IMG/VR virus record: IMGVR_UViG_3300023199_000212
Location: 1 to 52,958 of that record
DNA length: 52,958 nucleotides
Reading direction: 5' to 3' (one strand)
DNA from: a virus
Taxonomy: Duplodnaviria > Caudoviricetes
Below, one piece after another: positions 52,035 to 52,958 of the stretch; position 1 is the first letter of the stretch; each line of letters starts with the position of its first letter. The position numbers and the translations under genes were made by a program. The notes under the pieces were generated by a model. That model was given only the letters and a program-made list of their open reading frames with translations, was not told the origin of the DNA and ran no database searches.

Positions 52035-52385
52035 CTACGACCTCCTGCCATTCGTGCGTGCTCGCTGTCTAGCGGCTTTCCACACCTTGAACTCCCACTC
52101 GGGAGGCAGGTCGTCCCAGCGAGGATCGAACCAGTGGTCGCGGTGCTCGGTCGTCGCGAGGATCTGGTCGCGGACCCACTCGACCCACTCGATTCGCTCG
52201 ACGGTCTCGGCGTCGGGGGTCTCCCTCGGCTGCCTGCGCGGCCTCTTGCGGGGGAGGGCGTTGACCGGGCGGACTGTCGCGCGCTTCGGGATGAGGTCGC
52301 CGCCGGATAGCCTGAAGGGCGACTCGTCCTCGTAATACGAAGCGGGCCATTGCCCGCCGTCGAGGCCGGGTAGGTCATTGCTCAT
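52035..52385 (-). CDS. hypothetical protein
   Basis: ATG downstream of TACAGT and GCACCTTAGAC motif. Confidence 0.6.
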   Translation of the reverse strand: MSNDLPGLDGGQWPASYYEDESPFRLSGGDLIPKRATVRPVNALPRKRPRRQPRETPDAETVERIEWVEWVRDQILATTEHRDHWFDPRWDDLPPEWEFKVWKAARQRARTNGRRS

Positions 52386-52486
52386 GATGCGTGTCTAAGG
52401 TGCTTAGCAGCACTGTACACGCTCCGCGCTCAGGGTCAAGAGAATTCAGCAGGAGCAAGGCTTCAGTCAAGGCTTCGAATAGTGCG

Positions 52487-52753
52487 TCAGCCAGTCCGGG
52501 CGATACGGGCGGTCTCCGAGGATCCGACCCACGTTCTGGCCGGATGCCCAGTCCGAGCGCAGCTCCGCGCCGAGGGAATCCTGGCGATCGACGTAGGGGT
52601 TCCGCTCCGGCCCCAGCGCCCGCTGACACGCCCTCGGCGGCGGGGCTGGGGGCGGTTCTCCTTGCGGTACCGCCGGTCCTTGGGGGTGCTGAACGAGTGG
52701 GGGGCGCGGCTGGCGTTGCCGTGCGCCCGGGCGTAGCGGTCAACGTGCTTCAT
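52487..52753 (-). CDS. hypothetical basic protein (frame of 3' half uncertain)
   Basis: ATG at 52753 lies in a palindrome arm; a different frame has better codon usage after about 52620. Confidence 0.35.
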   Translation of the reverse strand: MKHVDRYARAHGNASRAPHSFSTPKDRRYRKENRPQPRRRGRVSGRWGRSGTPTSIARIPSARSCARTGHPARTWVGSSETARIARTG

Positions 52754-52788
52754 GGTGCCTGTACAGTACAAGCTGTACAGGCACCATG
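52751..52788. repeat. perfect inverted repeat, 16-bp arms and 6-nt loop
   Basis: CATGGTGCCTGTACAG-TACAAG-CTGTACAGGCACCATG. Confidence 0.95.
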
Positions 52789-52810
52789 CAAGCGAAATCA
52801 GGCGGGCTGT

Positions 52811-52918
52811 CTAGGTGCGAGGCTCACGCTCAGACGCCACGATGGGCGCCTCGTGCTTCCAGACGGGCTCCCCGCTGGCGTCGTAGAGCGTGAAGATGAC
52901 GATCTCTCCTCGGTGCAT
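52811..52918 (-). CDS. small hypothetical protein (35 aa, or 3' end of a gene running off the right edge)
   Basis: AAGGAGGAG RBS, MHRGEIVIFTLYDASGEPVWKHE... Confidence 0.5.
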   Translation of the reverse strand: MHRGEIVIFTLYDASGEPVWKHEAPIVASEREPRT

Positions 52919-52958
52919 GGGCGGCTCCTCCTTCGAGCTGGTAGTGGGAAAAGCCCCG

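Noticed and set aside
52467-52620. Minus-strand frame ERNPYVDRQ...RSDWASG resembling an Rmf-like NPY...W..G motif
   Set aside because: No start codon or RBS in frame and the similarity is too short; may indicate a frameshift in the 52753 ORF but unsupported
1-52958. Integrase, CI repressor, tRNA genes, DGR reverse transcriptase
   Set aside because: No tyrosine or serine recombinase, RT motifs or cloverleaf seen; the only XRE HTH belongs to the R-M cassette, so lifestyle cannot be called

Overview
The window is most or all of a high-GC tailed-phage genome with a long non-contractile (siphovirus-type) tail. No integrase, CI-type repressor, tRNA or CRISPR array was seen. Layout from left to right: (1) 1-1.8 kb, small genes with distinct codon usage, including a GP88-family protein. 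(2) 1.8-2.85 kb, a repeat-rich non-coding control region with six 25-bp TAA-N19-TTA palindromes and convergent GGGACGG iterons around an AT-rich core (candidate origin or packaging region). (3) 3.4-5.7 kb, a three-gene glycan-engaging module: a small anchor-domain protein, the same domain fused to a spherulin-4/GH135 hydrolase, and a LamG-like lectin. (4) 5.9-8.1 kb, small accessory genes. (5) 8.1-10.5 kb, a captured type II restriction-modification cassette (C5-cytosine MTase, HTH-fused PD-(D/E)xK nuclease, truncated Vsr) whose left end abuts a KTSC gene remnant. (6) RuvC, then a PBSX/P2-type portal transcribed divergently from an XkdF protease / lambda-D / lambda-E capsid operon and a lambdoid tail operon with a -1 frameshifting chaperone and a 1544-aa tape measure. 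(7) A frameshifted OLD-like ATPase-TOPRIM defence moron. (8) Mostly minus strand: MuF, Zn-finger, TerL/TerS, a plus-strand LAGLIDADG homing endonuclease, holin plus overlapped spanins with no recognisable endolysin, a nucleotide-metabolism cluster, PolA, SSB-like, SNF2 helicase, Cas4/RecB-like nuclease and primase-helicase. A boxA-like motif, RCACCT(A/T)G(A/G)CA, recurs in the sense orientation just upstream of more than 12 genes. The spanin-like pair implies a diderm host (inference). All product calls rest on motifs read by eye; no database search was run.
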